Numbered from the whole stretch's first letter, positions 19,481 through 29,340 are shown. The stretch: DNA of 63,761 bases, filler included, from an uncultured Methanosarcinales archaeon (GCA_964608065.1; 14 parts of 14 records of this genome joined end to end with filler, not necessarily neighbours in it); one strand, 5' to 3'. The notes: a model not told the origin generated them from the letters alone. Made by a program: numbers and translations.

Positions 19481-20476
19481 ATGAAAAAATTAATGAAGAA
19501 AAAAGTTAATGTTTTTGGTAAGAAATTGCCAGTATTTATGATTGTTCTTCTTGGAATTGCAGTTGTTAGTGCGGCTTTGATAAGTTATTGGGGAACTATA
19601 ACTGGATTGGTTACTGTTAGTCAAGGATTAAGATTAGATGGAGGAGATTATAATGTTACAATAGAAGAAGTATGGGATGATGAAGATTTTACTTCTTTAG
19701 AAAGCAGAGTTTTTGCTTCAGCACATCGTTTAAGCAATGATGCTGATGTTAATGCGGAAGTTAATTTGGTAAAAACCGGCGACTCGGGTACTAGCGTTAC
19801 AGACGATTTTACAGCGAACTACTATGCAACTAATTTAAGAGAAGGACAGTTAATACTTGATAATAAGAACACAGATTGGACTCTTACTACAGATGGAAAA
19901 GGTGCAATTTTAGACTACACTTTTGTTGGTGGTAGTTTTAGTTATGATTTATCAGCAACAGGATTAGAAGTGGATAAAGAATATGTTTTGATTTACTACG
20001 CTGATGATGAACCAAGGTATAACAATTGGGGAGGAAATCCAGCTTTAGAGTTAGGAATAGTAAATTCAGATTCAAGTGGAAATGTGGCATCAACTTCTGG
20101 AAGTAAATTGATTCTTGGAGGTTTATTGCCTTATGCAACTGATTGGAATGCTGGAGGATATCCTGATACTCTTACTCAATTATATGCTGATTACTGTGGT
20201 AATGTAGAAGGAGATGGTTATGAACATTGTAGAGGAGCAAAGATTTGGTTAATTCCATCTGATACTTATGATAAATCAACTGAAAGAGTAACTGTGTGGG
20301 CACAAAGTAGATTTTTGTTTGAAACTGATTTATTAGGATGGGACCATAAAAGTCCAATAGGAGCATTTACAGTTCCAGCAAATAATAATGTTGATTTTGT
20401 AATTGTGAACAATTTTCCAAAGATGTTAGTTCCAGGAGATTACACAATAACTACAACAGTTAGTCCAACAGCATAA
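19481..20476 (+). CDS. Secreted beta-rich protein, candidate filament subunit
   Basis: Signal ...VVSA then ALISYWGTITGLVTV; ends PGDYTITTTVSP; strong RBS AAAGGAGG. Confidence 0.75.
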   Translation: MKKLMKKKVNVFGKKLPVFMIVLLGIAVVSAALISYWGTITGLVTVSQGLRLDGGDYNVTIEEVWDDEDFTSLESRVFASAHRLSNDADVNAEVNLVKTGDSGTSVTDDFTANYYATNLREGQLILDNKNTDWTLTTDGKGAILDYTFVGGSFSYDLSATGLEVDKEYVLIYYADDEPRYNNWGGNPALELGIVNSDSSGNVASTSGSKLILGGLLPYATDWNAGGYPDTLTQLYADYCGNVEGDGYEHCRGAKIWLIPSDTYDKSTERVTVWAQSRFLFETDLLGWDHKSPIGAFTVPANNNVDFVIVNNFPKMLVPGDYTITTTVSPTA

Positions 20477-20574
20477 ACAAAATAATTTATTTTTATTTTT
20501 CCAATTTATTTTTAAGGAAAACTCAAGAAAGAGGAAAATGAAACCCTCCTCAAAAACGACGAGGGTTCATAATC

Positions 20575-21195
20575 ATGCCGAGAGGCAAAACAAAAGGAGA
20601 AGAAAAAATCATGAAGAAAAAAGCATTAGTAGTAAGCATATTATTTGGGATATTCTTAATTAGTATTGTGTCTGCTGGTTTGCTTGATTATTTTGGGAAG
20701 ATTACTGGGAGTGTTGAAATTGAAGAACCTGTGTTTTATTTAGATGGAAGCCAGCCAATTGATGATTATTGGGGATTAGCAATTAATAATGAAGGAATAA
20801 CTCATGCTCCTGTGCAGTTTACTGGTTCTAACAGCAAATTTTTTATTTCAGAATCCCTTGGTGTTGAATCTTTTTATGAGGCGGATTGGGATATGACTTT
20901 ATCCCTTAGAACAGAAAATAATGTGAGCGGAAAAGTTGATATTGAATTATATACAATAGAAGGAGAAGACCCTTATTTTAGTAAAGATAACATTTGTGAC
21001 AATGACCCTTATGTAATAATCCCTTCACTAAATGATTCTGATTTCCACGATTATGAAGTTACATGCGAAGGAAATGAATTAACAGATATGGAAGAATCTG
21101 ACATGTTGGTGTTAAGATTAAGCGATGGTTTTAACTCAATAAAATACTATACAAAATTAAATGGAAATTCTAAAATAGAAGTATCTGCAACATGA
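20575..21195 (+). CDS. Secreted protein whose mature N-terminus is paralogous to 19481..20476
   Basis: IVSA then GLLDYFGKITGSVEI; probable start MKKK at 20611. Confidence 0.7.
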   Translation: MPRGKTKGEEKIMKKKALVVSILFGIFLISIVSAGLLDYFGKITGSVEIEEPVFYLDGSQPIDDYWGLAINNEGITHAPVQFTGSNSKFFISESLGVESFYEADWDMTLSLRTENNVSGKVDIELYTIEGEDPYFSKDNICDNDPYVIIPSLNDSDFHDYEVTCEGNELTDMEESDMLVLRLSDGFNSIKYYTKLNGNSKIEVSAT

Positions 21196-21886
21196 AACAA
21201 AAATCATTAATAATTATCTTCGCAGTTATTTTCCTAATCGGAATTATGACTGCAGGAGTTTTAGCAGATAGAGAAATAACACCTACTGACGGAGTAATTT
21301 ACATTAATGATTTTACCGCAGGAAGCACAGCTACGGCAAATTTCAGTTTTGATTATTTAGATTATCCAGAAAATCCGCAGGATTCTCCTTTAATTATAAG
21401 ATTAAACATTAGTTGTTTAGATGAGAATTATCCTGTTTGGAAAAATGATTTTGAGTTAAGCAGTTATATAAAAAGATACTATCTTTTTGGTTTGCTTTAT
21501 GATATAATAACATTAGAATGCCACGAAAATTCCCCTTTGATAATAAACCACCCTCTTGGCTCAAATACTTTAAATGTGCCAAACGGGACTTTTTATTGCT
21601 ACAATGTTTCAAAAGATTTAAAATTAGATAAGCATGATGATGTTTTCTTAAATATAAAATCAGACCCTGCACTTTACCCAGGAACCTACAACTTAACAGC
21701 AGAATTTTTTTATGTAGAGGATAGCATAGCTCCTATTGTAAATATTACAAACAAAAACTATTTTGAAACTCATTATTTTAAAGAGGGTAAAGATGTTGAA
21801 ATAATCGCAACAATCAAAGACAATATTGGGGTAAAAGATTTCCCTTTTGGAAAAATTTTCACAGATACAAAAAATATTAGTGTTCC
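21192..21886 (+). CDS. Secreted protein (3' truncated)
   Basis: Signal peptide; PGTYNLTAEF; DSIAPIVNI Ig-like linker; ATGA overlap with upstream gene. Confidence 0.7.
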
Positions 21887-21986
21887 NNNNNNNNNNNNNN
21901 NNNNNNNNNNNNNNNNNNNNNNNNNNNNNNTTAATTAATTAANNNNNNNNNNNNNNNNNNNNNNNNNNNNNNNNNNNNNNNNNNNN

Positions 21987-22040
21987 AATATTACACAATC
22001 TTTTTTTTTTTAAGAATTATTCAAGTCTTGGGACAAACCC
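21987..22040. mobile_element. Right end of an unassembled IS
   Basis: TTGGGACAAACCC (22028-22040) is the inverse of 45161-45173 and is followed by AGTATTACC. Confidence 0.75.
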
Positions 22041-22087
22041 AGTATTACCATAAAATTTAAATAGAATAGAGTAAGCAGGTTCTAAGG

Positions 22088-22441
22088 GTGGTATTAATGA
22101 AGTTTAGCAAAGATCATACTTGGGTCAATGAAGATGGAAAAGTTGGGATAAGTGATTATGCTCAAAAACAACTTAAAGATATTGTTTTTGTTGAGTTGCC
22201 TGAGAAAGGGAAAAAAGTAGAGAAAGGGAAACAAGTTGCAACTATTGAAAGTGTTAAAAGTGTTTCTGATGTGATAAGTCCTGTAAGTGGAGAAGTTATT
22301 GAAGTTAATGAAAGTTTACAAGAAGATCCAACTATAATCAACAGTGATTGTTATGGAAAAGGCTGGTTGTTTAAGGTTAAGGTAGAAGAATCAGATGATT
22401 TAATGACAGAGGAAGAATATAATAATGCAAATGAAACCTGA
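22088..22441 (+). CDS. gcvH: Glycine cleavage H-type lipoyl carrier
   Basis: FSKDHTWV, GISDYAQ, IESVKSVSD lipoyl-Lys motif, YGKGWLFK. Confidence 0.95.
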   Translation: MVLMKFSKDHTWVNEDGKVGISDYAQKQLKDIVFVELPEKGKKVEKGKQVATIESVKSVSDVISPVSGEVIEVNESLQEDPTIINSDCYGKGWLFKVKVEESDDLMTEEEYNNANET

Positions 22442-23255
22442 TTGGTTAAAAGTTAGGATTGGTTCTGGTAAGAGTTTTAATAAAGTAAGAAGTGTGTTAA
22501 AACAAGGTAAATTACATACTATTTGTGAAGAAGCTAATTGTCCGAATAAAGCTGAATGTTATGGAAAGAAAACAGCTACTTTTTTGATTCTTGGTGATAC
22601 TTGTACTAGAAATTGTGGTTATTGCAGTGTTAAAACTGGTAAGCCTTCAAAAGTTGATTTAGAAGAAAGTGATAGAATAGCTAAAGCTGTTAAAGAGTTG
22701 AAGTTAAAATATGTTGTTATAACTTCTGTTACAAGGGATGATTTGGAAGATGGGGGGGCTTCAGTGTTTGCAGATACTGTTAAGAAAATAAAAAATTGTA
22801 AGGTTGAGGTTTTAATACCTGATTTTAAAGGAAATGAGAATTCAATAAAGAAAATCATTGATTCAAACCCAGATGTTATTGGGCACAATATTGAAGTTAC
22901 AAAAAAAATATTTAATAAAGTCAGGAAACATGGTGATTATGATTTATCATTAAAATTATTAAAAAATATAAAAAATATTAAAGCAAAATCTGGTTTTATG
23001 ATAGGATTAGGAGAAAGTTATGAAGAAATAATTGAAACTTTAAATGATTTAAAGAAAGCTGAAGTAGATATTGTAACAATTGGACAGTATCTGCAGCCTT
23101 CAAAGGAAAATTTAAAGGTTGAGAAGTATTATTCTCCTGCAGAGTTTGAGAATTTGAAGAAAATAGCAGAAAAAATTGGTTTTAAAGCTGTAGTAGCTGG
23201 ACCATTTGTAAGAAGTTCTTATCATGCAATGGAGTTGTTTGAAAATGCAAGGTAA
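22425..23255 (+). CDS. lipA: Lipoyl synthase
   Basis: CEEANCPNKAEC, CTRNCGYC, RSSY. Confidence 0.97.
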   Translation: MQMKPDWLKVRIGSGKSFNKVRSVLKQGKLHTICEEANCPNKAECYGKKTATFLILGDTCTRNCGYCSVKTGKPSKVDLEESDRIAKAVKELKLKYVVITSVTRDDLEDGGASVFADTVKKIKNCKVEVLIPDFKGNENSIKKIIDSNPDVIGHNIEVTKKIFNKVRKHGDYDLSLKLLKNIKNIKAKSGFMIGLGESYEEIIETLNDLKKAEVDIVTIGQYLQPSKENLKVEKYYSPAEFENLKKIAEKIGFKAVVAGPFVRSSYHAMELFENAR

Positions 23256-23520
23256 ATCAATATTAAAAGTTCCTGGTGGAAAATTATTGAAGGTGTTTTT
23301 AGACTATGATGATAAAGTCAATAATATTAAAATAACTGGTGATTTTTTTATGCATCCTGAAGATAGTATTGAGAAGTTAGAGGGTGAGTTAATTGGTTTG
23401 GAGTTGGATAAAGATAAATTATTGAAGAAGATTGATATTTTTTTTGAAGAGAACAATGTTAAGTTGTTTGGTGTAAGTTCAGAGAATATTGTTGAATGTA
23501 TAATGGATTGTAAAAAATGA
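23245..23520 (+). CDS. Lipoate-protein ligase C-terminal subunit (LplB-type)
   Basis: KVPGGKLLKV, IKITGDFFMHPED; ATG at 23245 preferred over 23224. Confidence 0.88.
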   Translation: MQGKSILKVPGGKLLKVFLDYDDKVNNIKITGDFFMHPEDSIEKLEGELIGLELDKDKLLKKIDIFFEENNVKLFGVSSENIVECIMDCKK

Positions 23521-24251
23521 AATTCAGGCTATTAAAAACAGGGCATAAGACGGCTTTTATGAATATGGCTGTGGATGAATCTATTTTAAAGAATAAGATT
23601 CCTACAATAAGATTTTATGGATGGAAACCAAGTGCTGTTAGTATTGGTTATTTTCAAAGTTTGAAAGAAGAGGTTGATTTGGATAAATGCAATGAGTTGA
23701 ATGTAGATTTTATAAGGAGGGTTACTGGAGGAGGGGCAGTTTATCATGATAAAGAATTGACTTATAGTTTTATAGCTTCAGAAGAAATGGTTAGTAAGGA
23801 TATTTTAGAGTCTTATAAAGAAATATGTAAGGGAGTAATAAAAGGTTTAGAGAAAATTGGGATAAAAGCAGAGTTTGCTGGGATAAATGATATTATAGCA
23901 GAAGGTAAGAAGATTTCAGGGAATGCTCAGACTAGGAAAGAAGGAATGGTGTTACAGCATGGAACAATAATAATGGATGTTGATGTTGAGAAAATGTTTA
24001 GTTTGCTTAAAGTTCCTGATGAAAAGATAAGGGATAAATTAATTGCTAATGTTAAAGAAAGAGTCACAAGCATTAAACATGTTATTGGTGAAGTTGATTT
24101 TGATAAATTGAGTGAGAAAATGGCAGAAGGTTTTAAGGAAGCTTTGAATCTTGAGCTAGAAGAAGGAGAGTTGACAGAAAAAGAGTTAGAGTTAGCTAAA
24201 GAATTGGAAGAAAAGAAGTATAATACAAAGGAGTGGAACTTTAAGCGATGA
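23517..24251 (+). CDS. lplA: Lipoate-protein ligase catalytic subunit
   Basis: NMAVDE, RRVTGGGAVYHD, NDI..GKKISGNAQ, LQHGT. Confidence 0.93.
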   Translation: MKFRLLKTGHKTAFMNMAVDESILKNKIPTIRFYGWKPSAVSIGYFQSLKEEVDLDKCNELNVDFIRRVTGGGAVYHDKELTYSFIASEEMVSKDILESYKEICKGVIKGLEKIGIKAEFAGINDIIAEGKKISGNAQTRKEGMVLQHGTIIMDVDVEKMFSLLKVPDEKIRDKLIANVKERVTSIKHVIGEVDFDKLSEKMAEGFKEALNLELEEGELTEKELELAKELEEKKYNTKEWNFKR

Positions 24252-24319
24252 AATTCAGTAGAATTTCGGGTGTCAAAAACAATTAAATATGTTAAAGGTG
24301 TTGTAGATTGTTTTTGACA
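24249..24319. repeat. Double-hairpin intergenic repeat, copy overlapping the lplA stop
   Basis: GAAATTC-AGTA-GAATTTC, GGGTGTC, then TGTCAAAAACAAT...ATTGTTTTTGACA. Confidence 0.6.
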
Positions 24320-24363
24320 AGATAGAAATGCTTATAAATCCATAAATAACTTCTATACTGAAA

Positions 24364-25629
24364 ATGTATGATGCAATAGTTATTGGTGGAGGAATAGCAG
24401 GTTATAACTGCGCACTTAAAGTAGTTGAATTAGGCGGGAAAGCGGTATTAATAGATAAAGGTGAATTAGGCGGAACATGTACTAACTTGGGATGTATTCC
24501 CACCAAGGCTTTGCAGGCAAGTGCTAAATTAATTGATAAGATAAGAAAAAGCAAGAAGTTAGGAGTTAATGTTTCTGATTATTCTGTTGATTTTAATGAA
24601 GTTATGAAAAGGAAAGACAGAATTGTAAATACAACTGTGATGGGGATTAAAAGTTTGTTAGATAAAGTTGAAGTTATCAAAGGAAAAGGAAAAATAATTG
24701 ATAAAAATAAAGTTGAAGTTAATGGTAAAGTTTTAGAAGGAAAAAATATTGTGATTGCAACTGGTTCTGAGCCTGTAAGGATACTTAATATAGATGGGAT
24801 TACTAATGAGGAAATGTTAGATTTAAAAGAAGTTCCAAAGAAATTGTTGATTGTTGGTGGTGGGGTTATTGGAGTTGAGTTTGGCTGTATATTTAACAGG
24901 TTTGGAAGCGAAGTTACAATTGTGGAGATGTTAGATCAGGTAATTCCAACAGAAGAAAAAGAAATTGCAGAAGAATTAAGAAGAAGTATGGAAAGGGATG
25001 GAATTAAGATAATAACAAATGCTAAAGTTGAATATGTTAAAGATAATGAAGCTTTGATTAAAACTGACAATGAGATTAAAGAGAAATTTGACAAAGTGTT
25101 AATAGCTGTTGGAAGAAAAAGTAGTTTTGATAAAGAGGCTTTAGATAAATTAGGAATAAAATATGGTAAGAAAGGTATTAAAATAAACAAACAAATGCAG
25201 ACCAATATTGATAATATTTATTCTGTTGGAGATGTTACTGGAGAAATGCAGTTAGCACATTATGGGCGACATCAGGGAATTGTAGCTGCAGAAAATATTA
25301 TGGGAAATAAAAGTAAAATAAGCAAGGTGGTTCCCAATTGTATTTATACATTACCTGAAATTGCAAGTGTTGGGAAAATTACTGATAATTCAAAAAAAAT
25401 AAATTATGCTGCTAATGGAAAAGCAAGAACCTTAGATGAGATAAGAGGTTTTATCAAAGTTTATTTTGATAAAAATAAAATAGTTGGATGCAGTATCATC
25501 GGAGAAAGCGCAACAGAATTAATAGCTGAGGTGACTTTAGCTATAAACAATAAGATTTCTATAAAAGATATAAAGAATACTATACACGCTCACCCTACTT
25601 TATCAGAATTGTTTTTTGAAGTTATATAA
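24364..25629 (+). CDS. lpdA: Dihydrolipoamide dehydrogenase
   Basis: GGTCTNLGCIPTK, GGGVIGVE, HAHPTLSE. Confidence 0.93.
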   Translation: MYDAIVIGGGIAGYNCALKVVELGGKAVLIDKGELGGTCTNLGCIPTKALQASAKLIDKIRKSKKLGVNVSDYSVDFNEVMKRKDRIVNTTVMGIKSLLDKVEVIKGKGKIIDKNKVEVNGKVLEGKNIVIATGSEPVRILNIDGITNEEMLDLKEVPKKLLIVGGGVIGVEFGCIFNRFGSEVTIVEMLDQVIPTEEKEIAEELRRSMERDGIKIITNAKVEYVKDNEALIKTDNEIKEKFDKVLIAVGRKSSFDKEALDKLGIKYGKKGIKINKQMQTNIDNIYSVGDVTGEMQLAHYGRHQGIVAAENIMGNKSKISKVVPNCIYTLPEIASVGKITDNSKKINYAANGKARTLDEIRGFIKVYFDKNKIVGCSIIGESATELIAEVTLAINNKISIKDIKNTIHAHPTLSELFFEVI

Positions 25630-26803
25630 AAGCAAAAACAAGGTTTATTAAGACTAAGAATAGGAAAAGTGATGAAACAAATTTAAATGTTTTTTGTGCT
25701 TTCTTTTTTTCCATATATTTTTCAAGTAATACTTTCAACATTCTTCCTCCGTCAATAGGGCCTATAGGAACTAAATTAAATAAGCCTATACCTAAGCTGA
25801 GTAAATAAAGCCAATACATCAGTCCAAAGAACCATAATATAATATTAGGTATAAAGGATAGTTTTTGTGTTAATGATTGTTTAATTTTAGAGTTTTGGGA
25901 TATATAAACACCAAGATAGCTTTTGTTATTGTTTTCAGGATGCTGTGCAAGCTTGATTGCGTATGCTTTTGTATCTGTTTGCAAAACAATCGTTTCTCCA
26001 GGAATAGTAGAATCCATAAAAGATGTAAAGTCTTCAATATTTTGAATAGGGATATTGTTTATATCAGTAATTACATCTCCTTTTTGCATACCAGAGAGTT
26101 CTGCAGGATATTTTGTATCATCAATTTCTATAAAACCAGTTACCTGAACCCCCTTATAGTCAACTAAAGCTCCTGTTATTGGAGGTATAATCAATAAGGA
26201 GATTGCTAAAATAACAAATGCCAAGAGAATGTTAGCGAAAGGGCCTGCAGCATATACAGCAAGTTGCTGCTTTACTGAGCTTTTTTTTAATTGTTTTTCA
26301 TCAGGTTCAACAAAAGCAGCAGGAAGAACAGGCAATACTATGCCAAGGAATGCAAATCCAGATGATTTTATCCTTATATTATAAAGTCTGGCAAACACTC
26401 CATGAGAGAATTCATGGACCACAGCAATAATAAATATTGAAATGATCCAATAGAAAAAAGGTACATAGAATGCGCCTTTTAATTTAAATGGTAAAACCGG
26501 AACAACAGCTGCTGTTGCTGCAGGCATCATTAGCAGTTTGTATAGGTTATGGGTTAATGAGAAAATGATTAATGCCATTCCTATAAAACCTATTGTAACA
26601 GAAATATAGCTTATGAATTTAAGTAATCTGGGAAATTTTTTTGCGAATTTGTCCATAAACTTAAGACCAAGTTTTGTTCTGTAAAGGACAAAGTAGAGGA
26701 TTGGGTAAATAATCTTTTGAATTTGAATTTTTTTTTTTTTAATTATTAGAAAAAAAAGCATTAAAAAAATGAAGACAATAGCTGAAACGCTTTGAACATC
26801 CAT
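25622..26803 (-). CDS. Site-2 (M50) intramembrane metalloprotease with PDZ domain
   Basis: HEFSH, AFVEPDE, AGPFAN, FNLVPIGPIDGG. Confidence 0.93.
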   Translation of the reverse strand: MDVQSVSAIVFIFLMLFFLIIKKKKIQIQKIIYPILYFVLYRTKLGLKFMDKFAKKFPRLLKFISYISVTIGFIGMALIIFSLTHNLYKLLMMPAATAAVVPVLPFKLKGAFYVPFFYWIISIFIIAVVHEFSHGVFARLYNIRIKSSGFAFLGIVLPVLPAAFVEPDEKQLKKSSVKQQLAVYAAGPFANILLAFVILAISLLIIPPITGALVDYKGVQVTGFIEIDDTKYPAELSGMQKGDVITDINNIPIQNIEDFTSFMDSTIPGETIVLQTDTKAYAIKLAQHPENNNKSYLGVYISQNSKIKQSLTQKLSFIPNIILWFFGLMYWLYLLSLGIGLFNLVPIGPIDGGRMLKVLLEKYMEKKKAQKTFKFVSSLFLFLVLINLVFAFI

Positions 26804-26996
26804 TTTTTTTTTTTTTTTTTTTTTATATTTTTTTTTTTTTTTTTAAATATTTTTTTATTATTTAGAATTGCACCTTCTCCAACTTTTNNNNNNNNNNNNN
26901 NNNNNNNNNNNNNNNNNNNNNNNNNNNNNNNTTAATTAATTAANNNNNNNNNNNNNNNNNNNNNNNNNNNNNNNNNNNNNNNNNNNNTATTAGAAA

Positions 26997-27254
26997 TCAA
27001 ACAATATCAACTTTAGTGCAAATACTCTGGCCAGGAATGCCTTTTTCAAAAATAGCTCTGACACGTCCTTTATTGCCGTGTACAGCAGAAATCTTTCCTT
27101 TTATCTCTTTTCCAGCAGGGCTTTTCCAAGTTACTTGTTTTCCTACTAATCCCTTAGACTTTTCATTTTTTTCATAGCCTTTTACAACTATAATTGCCTG
27201 ATTCATCTTCTGTGTTCTCTTCCCTCTTCTGAAACTTGTTATAAGTCCTTCCAT
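26997..27254 (-). CDS. rpl35ae: 50S ribosomal protein L35Ae
   Basis: FRRG, GKISAVHGNKGRVRAIFEKGIPGQ. Confidence 0.93.
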   Translation of the reverse strand: MEGLITSFRRGKRTQKMNQAIIVVKGYEKNEKSKGLVGKQVTWKSPAGKEIKGKISAVHGNKGRVRAIFEKGIPGQSICTKVDIV

Positions 27255-27320
27255 TGTTAGAGCTAGAAATTGGAGTTGATTTATAAAGGTTACTAAAATT
27301 TGTTTTTCAAAGCTTTTTGT

Positions 27321-28040
27321 TTACGTAGGCTGTGTAGCTGTTTTATATGGTTTAGGTGCATCATAACTATTTTTTTGATCTTTTCCAGATTTACCTAAAG
27401 CTAATCTATAAGCTAATCTTCCTACAGAAGTTATTGGTAATTGATATTTGAATGGAACAAAGTTTACTGCACCTAACATTATTGGAGAAACTAAATATGT
27501 TCTTTTTGTCATTGGAAAATAATCTTTTTTATAAGTTTGTTTCAGGTCTTTTAATGATGTACCTAGTTTAAATGTTAAAGTATCTTTTACTAATTTAAGA
27601 GGAGTGTAGTTATAGATGAAATGTCTCGCTGCAATAAACAAAACATTAAACACAGGAATACCTACTCCTAAGATAAACGCACTATTCAAAAGTATATTTC
27701 CCTTGAACATTATGTTATAAAGACCAAAAATCTTATACAAAAGTACAGTCATTGCATTACCCAAGTGCAACTCTTTCCTTAAACCTTCATATTTTAATTT
27801 TTTTCTATGTAAAATAGTATGAGCTAATAAATACGAACCTGTTACAGAAAGTAAATTTAAAGGACCTGCTATTGCTGTTGCTGCTACAGTTGTTGCAGTC
27901 ATATAGCCAAATTCAATAAGTTTTCTAAAAAATCCTCTGTTTGTTTTTTTCTCTAGAGGGCTTTCTTTAACTCCAGCTTTAGCTTGCTGTTCCTGCTCTA
28001 CATCGTTAACTCTATCGCTAATATCAGTCATCACTATCAC
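27321..28040 (-). CDS. Membrane protein, Mpv17/PMP22-like
   Basis: LKQTYKKDYFPMTKRTYLVSPIMLGAVNFVPFKYQLP resembles the Mpv17 C-terminal motif. Confidence 0.55.
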   Translation of the reverse strand: MIVMTDISDRVNDVEQEQQAKAGVKESPLEKKTNRGFFRKLIEFGYMTATTVAATAIAGPLNLLSVTGSYLLAHTILHRKKLKYEGLRKELHLGNAMTVLLYKIFGLYNIMFKGNILLNSAFILGVGIPVFNVLFIAARHFIYNYTPLKLVKDTLTFKLGTSLKDLKQTYKKDYFPMTKRTYLVSPIMLGAVNFVPFKYQLPITSVGRLAYRLALGKSGKDQKNSYDAPKPYKTATQPT

Positions 28041-28167
28041 ACTCTAACAATTTGTTGACAGCAAATTCAACAACATGGGATTTATTCCTGAACTTACCAC
28101 TAACCAAAACTTCTTCTAATTGCTTTAATGTTTCCTTGTCTATGCTTATGCTTAGTTTGTGTTTCAT
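28024..28167 (-). CDS. Ribbon-helix-helix protein, 47 aa (not in ORF track)
   Basis: MKHKLSISIDKETLKQLEEVLVSGKFRNKSHVVEFAVNKLL: alternating beta strand, NKS..V..A. Confidence 0.85.
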   Translation of the reverse strand: MKHKLSISIDKETLKQLEEVLVSGKFRNKSHVVEFAVNKLLECDSDD

Positions 28168-28168
28168 T

Positions 28169-28960
28169 TTAACCTGGAGCAGTCCTATAAGCTGGTACTT
28201 GTGGATATGCAGTCTGAGCTTGTGCCTTCTCTTCCTTTTTCTTTGGTCCTGGTGGATTTATCCCATTGTATAGTCCAAAAGGTAATGCGTTTAATGCAAA
28301 AACAGGATATCCAGCTATACTCGCAATTCCATTAGCACTAAGAACTAATCCTGGAGAAAAACCTTTTGCAAACCTCTTATACATTGGTACCCAGTTATCT
28401 TTTACAGATTTTCCAAATCCATTAAAATCAAACTTATTTTGGATTAAATGATCTCCTGCTTTAAAAGCAGTAAGGAATGCCATATTATAAGGTCCAATAG
28501 CATATGCTGCTCTAGCAGCTTTTCCTAATAATGTTGCATTGTTTATCAAAGGATAAGTTGCATTACCAAGCAAAACCATTGGTTGTAGAATAGCGTTAAC
28601 TACAGAATAAGTTCTTAACGCAGAAGTAACTCTTTCATACAAAGATGGTTTTTCTTTTTTAGAAAAAAAACTTCCAAGTAAAGTAGCGCCTGCAAAAGCT
28701 CCTCCAACAAGTGGAGCTGCTATACCAGCAGTTGCTAATCCTAAAGCTGTAGTACCAACAGCTATAGCTCCATGATAGGCAAGATCAAATATTTTATCCA
28801 ATAAAGTTTGTTGTTTAGGTTCTTCGTGTTTTGTTTCTTTTACTTTTTGGTCTTCAGGTAATTTATTATGCTCTTTTTCTGTTGTTTTTTCTAGCTCAGA
28901 TTCTTTTTTTCTCTCTTCTTCTGCTTTCTTTACTGCTTCATCAGGTTCTGCCATTTTCAT
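28169..28960 (-). CDS. Membrane protein, paralogue of 27321..28040
   Basis: Same layout: charged N-terminus with LEK, GTTA/ATTV helix, KDxxxPMxKR motif, Pro/Tyr-rich tail. Confidence 0.65.
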   Translation of the reverse strand: MKMAEPDEAVKKAEEERKKESELEKTTEKEHNKLPEDQKVKETKHEEPKQQTLLDKIFDLAYHGAIAVGTTALGLATAGIAAPLVGGAFAGATLLGSFFSKKEKPSLYERVTSALRTYSVVNAILQPMVLLGNATYPLINNATLLGKAARAAYAIGPYNMAFLTAFKAGDHLIQNKFDFNGFGKSVKDNWVPMYKRFAKGFSPGLVLSANGIASIAGYPVFALNALPFGLYNGINPPGPKKKEEKAQAQTAYPQVPAYRTAPG

Positions 28961-29087
28961 CTCTTAGAAATCTTTTAATAGCAATCTCAACAACCTGAGA
29001 CTTATTCTTGAATCTATCTCTATCCAACTTTTTAAAAATTCCAAGTATTGTTTTTTCGTCTAATGAAACACTAATCTTAGCTTTCAT
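28941..29087 (-). CDS. Ribbon-helix-helix protein, 48 aa (not in ORF track)
   Basis: MKAKISVSLDEKTILGIFKKLDRDRFKNKSQVVEIAIKRFL, paralogous to 28024..28167. Confidence 0.85.
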   Translation of the reverse strand: MKAKISVSLDEKTILGIFKKLDRDRFKNKSQVVEIAIKRFLRDENGRT

Positions 29088-29101
29088 ATATTATCACTTT
29101 T

Positions 29102-29122
29102 TAGTAGTATAAAATACTACTA
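29102..29122. promoter_or_regulatory. Palindromic operator between TATA and RHH start
   Basis: TAGTAGTAT-AAA-ATACTACTA; minus-strand TTTAAATA at 29124-29131. Confidence 0.7.
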
Positions 29123-29199
29123 GTATTTAAAGCTTTCTATTTTGTGATTACTTATTAGTGGTTACATTAAATAAGTTAAAAAAGAAAAACTTTATACAA

Positions 29200-29340
29200 C
29201 GAAAATCAGAGATTTTCGAGCATAAATCTTTCTCAAAAGAGTTTTCGAAACATTTATATATAAGTATACCATTCTGTATATCTACATTTTAATATATATA
29301 CCAAATAGTATACTAAATTCAATGAAAATCAGAGATTTTA
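29200..29340. repeat. Two copies of the GAAAATC-AGA-GATTTT hairpin
   Basis: 29200-29218 and 29323-29340. Confidence 0.7.

Noticed and set aside
26804..26860. Long poly-T tracts as a phase-variation or regulatory element
   Set aside because: Near a contig end with low-complexity, low-quality sequence; similar runs occur at other contig edges
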